Origin: Macrostomum lignano
Lineage: Eukaryota
Direction of reading: 5' to 3'
DNA: 42,457 nucleotides
Assembly: GCA_002269645.1 (NCBI GenBank)
Contig: NIVC01004545.1
Location: 1-42,457, forward strand
Part shown: positions 36,781 to 42,457 of the stretch, piece by piece
Layout of the letters: every line of letters begins with the position of its first letter
How positions within the stretch are numbered: position 1 is the stretch's first letter
Notes under the pieces: generated by a model
Told to the model about the DNA's origin: nothing
What the model saw: only the letters and a program-made list of their open reading frames with translations
The model's database searches: none
Position numbers and translations under genes: made by a program

Positions 36781-36851
36781 ATGTTTTCTCTAGATGGAAT
36801 CAGAGTTTTGGCAGCTGTTAGTGGCCTGCTTTCTATGGCCCAACGATCAAC

Positions 36852-36930
36852 CAATGAACCTTGAATAACATCAATGAACCTTGATTAACATCAATGAACC
36901 TTGAATAACATCAATGAACCTTAAATAGCA
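36852..36930. repeat. 20-bp tandem repeat AATGAACCTTGAATAACATC, about 4 copies
   Basis: Read directly. Confidence 0.9.
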
Positions 36931-39504
36931 CCATCAAATAAAGCTTCGAGTACATATACGTACATGTAAGGCATCGCAAAGCCAATAGCATAAACCAGCT
37001 CAAAACATACATGCATTAACGCAACTTTATCATCAGAGACAAGTTATCATCATTCCCGACTTCCGGACTCCTATCTGGTGGGATGATAAAAATGAAACCG
37101 TACAAGCAAACATGGATTGGCAAATATTAGGAAGTATTTCTTTTTCATGCATGTATGTACCCTGCCAATTTTGTAAATTAAATAGACCGGATATGTGTAA
37201 TTCTAAATGTCACTATATGATAAATTTCGTCCGCACGTGGGATTTTGGGAACTGACGCAAATAGAGGTTGTATTTTTGCATTTTTTTATTCAAGTCGTCT
37301 TGCCTGTTTCAAATCCTCTTTCCTAAAACACAACCTGCTCACTTGGCTTAACTCTATGCTAACTTTAGCGGGTTTTATATTGTCCCAACTCCTCAATCGC
37401 ATGAAAACAATAAAAATTGAACTCCAACACCTTAAACCAGCGTTCCTCATCTTTCACTAGTTGGTTTCCGTGAACATTCTCCAAGTGTCTACAAATCATT
37501 TTTACCAGATTTCAGTCTCTTATCCCCAATAATTCTTGCAAACAAAAATTCTAACACCTAACTAACCCAGTTGCTCAGACTTTTGTTGCACAAGCACTCT
37601 TCGAAAATTTGGAATTTTAGAGGGTCATACTGTATTATACTAGAATACTAGAATATACAGGATATAGTAAGCAACATTTGAACTAAAACAACTATAAAGT
37701 GAATGCTATTACAGAATGACCTGACTATACTCAGACAACTTGAATGCACAGTAACCGTATAACTGCTGGTAATTTATTTTTTAAACAGCTAGACTACTTT
37801 CGTAGTGCGACCTTTTTATGAAAAAAAATGCTGAAAACAAAAAACATATATTTCAAGCTACCATCAAGGTATAGTTGTTCAGTCTGAAGCTTTAGCAAAA
37901 ATGAATGATATAAAATGTTGGACTGTTATAGATACGCTCGTATTTAACTTGCTCTGGAGGACTAGAAGTCTAGAACGATATCGCTGAGTGTAACCATATT
38001 GCTGGTCTGAGAGTATGAGATCCATCCGTTAATGATTAATCCATTAATTTTAGACCAGGAGCTCTCAGAAACCTGTTCCCATCCTTTACTCTTAGGCAAC
38101 TAGATAAACTCTGCTACCACTTTAGATTTTCGGGAACATGCATTAGGGAGAAATGTATCTACAAGTATCTACTTGCAGAGACATTGCTGAAAGCAAAATT
38201 ATAGCTAAAAGCAATTCCAGGTGAGTGGACAAGTGGGCCGCTTTACTGAAAAACTACGCGCCAGCAAGTTATGCTAGGAATAAAATTCTGCTTCAAGACT
38301 CTACCTGTAGCGTTTGAATGATACAGTTCTGAAGTACATTAATTTATAGTTTTTTTTCAACAGCAAATGTTTGAAGAGATGATAAAATTCCCAGAGCATA
38401 TATAGAAAGAACTTAATACTATAGTTGAAGTTAAAAACGAATTTAAACAGATTGCGTCCGACAATTTTACGACAATGGGACTCTATATTCGCGATTTGTG
38501 TAATTTATTGATTAAACTAGTAAATTAAGATAGTAAAAAACTAAAAGAATCGACATTTTTATTTATAGCTTAATGAATATTTTTTGTTTCGGGCGAGATG
38601 AGATACTCGTAAAAGGTTCTTCTGTTGTGTTTTTAGTTAATTGATTTGATTCAGTTAGTTGGATACACTTGGATCTCGCTCAATATATTTATAGTCAAAG
38701 CATGCACGATGTACATTACTCAATCGTTAGCTAACATTGGCACGTTAAACTGAACACTGATTGTGCAATAACTTCTCAATAGATGTCAAAGCAAACTATT
38801 CAATGAGTCAACATGCAACTAAATCACGTTGCACTGTCACAACATCTTTTAATTTTCTGCAAATAACTTAACAGTAAACAACAACAGTTCTACGGAGAAA
38901 GTCTTTTCCGCGAAACTTTGATCTGAATTAGTTATTCCGGAGGCGAGTTATTAAGCTTATAATAGTAAATTTAACACAAATCAAACTTAGGAGCATCATT
39001 GGCAGGAAGAGCGATGCGCGGAAGGCAACCACCGTGAAAGCAGCGGCTCGAATTGAGTTTTAATTTCTATATGTATCTAGGGAAAATCGGTGAGCTATAT
39101 GCTATGCTGCAATGTCCCCCTGAATCTCTTTATTACGATTTACTAAGATTTAGGGACAACTATGGACCCCGATACACAGAGGGATTGAGAGAGAGAATGC
39201 AGGCGACACAGGCAGGACAGACAAGCTGGGGTTTTAAAACTGGTTAAATGACTCCACAAGACAACGCAAATTGGCTTGTCTGCCAAACTTTGTTTTATAC
39301 ATGTACGACGCATGACATGTGCTACAATTTTGCATTGAAATTGCGAGCGAGAGTATATCATACTACATTCCTAAGCTCAATATCCCGTGATGGAACAACT
39401 TTTTGGCGGAAAACTTACAGTTGTTTACCGTAGAATTGTTGAATTAATTACAGTAATCATTTAAAATATCTTTTTCGACGACCGTTATTTAAAGAAACTA
39501 GTCA

Positions 39505-39800
39505 CTCACTGGAAACGAATCAACGTTACTTCGAAGCATCCTGCGCCCATACTAATGACAACTCAAGCGAATGGTGTTAGGCGCAACTGCTTAGACCTGC
39601 TGTAGTCACCAGCGTCACAATTTGAAACAGGCAGGACTGCTGTTCTGACCGGTTCAACCAGTTCTTGCAGGTGGACGGTTGTCGAGTGCTTGAATGTGAA
39701 TCGAAGCGCAGCGGTCTCAGTTTCAAATTTCTGTTGTCCCGGCTGCGGCAAAAGAATGAGATTACAGTAGCACCATCACCTTTCAAAAGAGCTCTGATCC
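39505..39800 (+). pseudogene. F-type lectin pseudogene
   Basis: TNQRYFEASCAHTNDNSSEWC*AQLLRPAVVTSVTI*NRQDCCSDRF; H-x26-RxDx4R spacing kept; stops and a frameshift before VECLNV...SNFCCPGCGKRMRLQ*. Confidence 0.85.
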
Positions 39801-40151
39801 CCCTGTTATGACTGTCTCCTAACGATTCTATCAACCTCTCCAATCGCCATCTTTAATTGACGGTTGTTCCAGGAATAGCTCCTTGAATTGCTGTTGAAAC
39901 GCAGAATCAATTTTCTGATGATGAAGCTGTAGAAATAACTTCTCCTAACAATTTTCCAAGGTCGATATGAGGAATTATAAGTTCTTTCGATTATTCCCTT
40001 CTCTGGCCCCAATTCCCGGGCTGAGAGCTCGTTTCTTGGCCGAGGAAGAGAGGAGGGAGTCAGGAGAGGGTGGTGTGGACAGATTTTTTTTAAAGGTCTT
40101 CAGACAGAACTAGTTTCAAATTAAAGCAAGGATGGACGAAGACATAGTGAG

Positions 40152-40590
40152 TCGTTTTCGCGAACGCCGATGGGAAGGCACACACTGACTGGCATAGTAA
40201 AGACGCTCATCAAGGACGTTGCACCTGACAACAGTACCCGCTATACCAATCAGTCTTCAGTAGACATGCACCACGGGTCTGAATGAGGCAGGAGTGCAAC
40301 GTGCCGACACGACATTGCACGTGTCACCGGTCACAACAGCTCCGCTATTGAGCGGTACATGGCGCCTCGCTATCGCAGCAAAAACACCACCGTGCAATCA
40401 TCGCTGGAGTGCAATCTATGGCCACAACTTTCGTCAGCATGAGCTCCGTAACGGTAGCAGAGTCGTCTACCTATTCGCATGAATTAGCAATGGCAGTGAG
40501 GACCACACTATCAGTCTTGGCAGCTCGGCAAAGAAGATGCGGATCGAGGTGTGTGGCAACAGTAACAAGGTCTCCATCAGCTTTGAGTGA
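40152..40590 (+). mobile_element. Degenerate Crypton-type tyrosine recombinase C-terminal fragment
   Basis: PMGRHTLTGIVKTL...YTNQS(L)R-TCTTGLNEAGV...DIARVTGHNSSAIERY matches YR motifs PxGxNxL...TNHSLRxT...TGHxS...Y; frameshifts present. Confidence 0.65.
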
Positions 40591-41728
40591 GTGACATTCA
40601 GTTTGATTACTAAGGCCTGATCTGCTTCGCGTCGAATTGTGCATCGCATGCATCAAATATACGCAGTGTTTACCCTATGTTCGTGTTGCTATTTTGGCAA
40701 TACTATACGTTTATTTGGCCTATAGCCAATCATTTCTTTGGCCCTGAAAAAAGCAATTGAACCATAGACAGATACGGCCCAGCCAAGTGGGGAAGAATCT
40801 ACGTAGCTTTTGGCTCTATGGGCGCTCTCCAAACTTTGGTTTTTTCCTAGTCCGCACTTCTTCAAGCCCTAACCATGGAGGAAAGAGTGGAGGAGGACTT
40901 TCCTCCATTGCCCTAAGAGAGAAGAACAAAATATTATTACGCAGAATATATCAATGACTAAAAACTTTTGCTATTATACGATGCATCTATCATCCAGTTT
41001 TATCATGCGTAAATGTCAGTCCTGCATTCCTGCGCGCTATTTGAAAAGCGAATTTCATAGCTTACCAAAAGATGGCCTTGTTTCCCGAAAATTAAAACAT
41101 TAGCCATATTTGGCTCTCGTAAATTTTACTCTACTGTCGCTGTTTTGTGTCTAATTCTACGTGGACAACTCAAAGTAGCTCAAAGCGCATACTCGGGAAT
41201 GCAAAATACGAGCGACAAAAGGGAGCTAGTTAATTGCTTCCATTGACAAAAGCTGAATGAAAAAATAGCATGGAGCTTTCGCAAAGCAGCCAAATTTTGC
41301 TACTGAATTGAAGTGTCAGCTCTTGAAAGCAAGTTCAGGCAAGCGTTTATTTAGTAAAACGATAGCTCAGAACCAGCCTCGCGAAAAAAGCGACACAATG
41401 AAAACAATGCGCTGAGCGGCAATTCATTTTGAGAAGTGTCTTTACTTTTTATACTCTTTCAAAAAGCCTTTTCGAGACTTCAACCTTGAAGCTTTAGAGG
41501 CTTTTTAGAAAAAAAGTATTTCTAAGTGACAAGGCAGTTGTTACGCTTCATGGCCTCCAAAAAAGCACTTCTCCATGCAAGTAGCAATACTCAGATGAAT
41601 ACATCTACTACATCAAGTACATCTGAGTATTCATTCCTGGCTACCTTTTAGTGGGTCAGAGATACGCCTATTTATTTATTTATAGACATCTATTGCTGAA
41701 AATTACTCGATCTTATGTGCAATTCCAG

Positions 41729-42097
41729 CGGTTTCGAGTCTGCACGCATTGAAATGTACACAAAGTTCAACCGTTGCTGACCGAGTCTGCCAAAAAGCCT
41801 TCGAGGCAACACCAATCGTGACTTTTCAGGCGAGTCCTGCACCCACACTGACTATAGTGTGAACGAGTGGCGGGAAGCTGAGCTGCCCAAAGCAGCTCTC
41901 GTCTCCATCGTCACCATCTACGAGTACATGTACAACAGACAGGTCTGCTGTGTTGAAGGGCTCAACCATGCAGTTCTTACTTCAGCTAGACGGTTTCGAG
42001 TGCAACCGAGTGATCCTCAGCTCACCATTTTCGATTGAAAACTTCACATGTTAGGGCTACGAATTTGCGAATTCTGGTCACAGGATTCGAGTTTCCA
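41729..42097 (+). pseudogene. F-type lectin pseudogene, complete exon-2 equivalent
   Basis: Phase-1 acceptor attccAG at 41727-41728. VSSLHALKCTQSSTVADRVCQKA...SCTHT...NEWREAELPKAALVSIVTIY(EYMY)NRQVCC...DGFECNRVILSSPFSIENFTC*GY...GFEFP; frameshifts, stop, insertion and deletion. Confidence 0.88.
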
Positions 42098-42457
42098 AAG
42101 ATGAAATTAGCTCACTGATGTAGTCGTTTTTAATGAATTCAAACAAATTTGTAACAGATTTCATCAACCATTTCTTGCAACAATAACAGAAACTTATGAT
42201 TATTTTAGCTATAGCTGAAGAAATATTATCATGTGTCTTTATTTTGCATTATAATGTTCCGTCTATTAAAGTGCAAACTCAAGCAGAAGGACAGGAAAAT
42301 GCGAGGCCCAACGTTTATCGTTTATATGTTTTGATTTTCTTATAGCCCGATTGATATTCGCATTGAACAATCTTTGCACAGATTGTCCATTCGAGATTGT
42401 GAAATAGAATTAGAATCCTGTAATAGAATCCTAATTTTGAAACAAAAATCTCTATGA

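Noticed and set aside
38060-38220. A fifth, older F-type lectin remnant (TCSH...SIYLQRHC)
   Set aside because: H-to-R spacing is wrong and there are too few matching residues.

Overview
Repeat-rich eukaryotic (invertebrate metazoan) genomic DNA with spliceosomal introns. The repeat and codon style resembles the flatworm Macrostomum, but that is a guess. The left half (1-25000) is a tandem array of ~14-kb units, each built on the minus strand around an intronless, WW-less PCIF1/CAPAM-like NPPF adenine-N6 methyltransferase gene. One copy is intact (20792-21922), one has a single homopolymer frameshift (6723-7854), and one is a 5' stub (23691-23897). The units also carry an F-box remnant, an RTE-type LINE fragment, Penelope GIY-YIG remnants, four decayed hammerhead-ribozyme copies, a Tc1/IS630-type TIR element, a THAP/P-element derivative with a visible empty site, head-to-tail Helitron-like termini, two minisatellite families and a perfect (GATA)n tract. 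The right half holds an intact two-exon secreted PAN-like + F-type lectin gene whose intron is almost pure (TACT)n, two CUB exons on the opposite strand, three decayed F-type lectin copies, a 2.24-kb TG...CA element with a complete Pol II promoter, a Crypton-type tyrosine recombinase remnant, palindromes and a minisatellite. All calls are by eye; no database searches or alignments were run.
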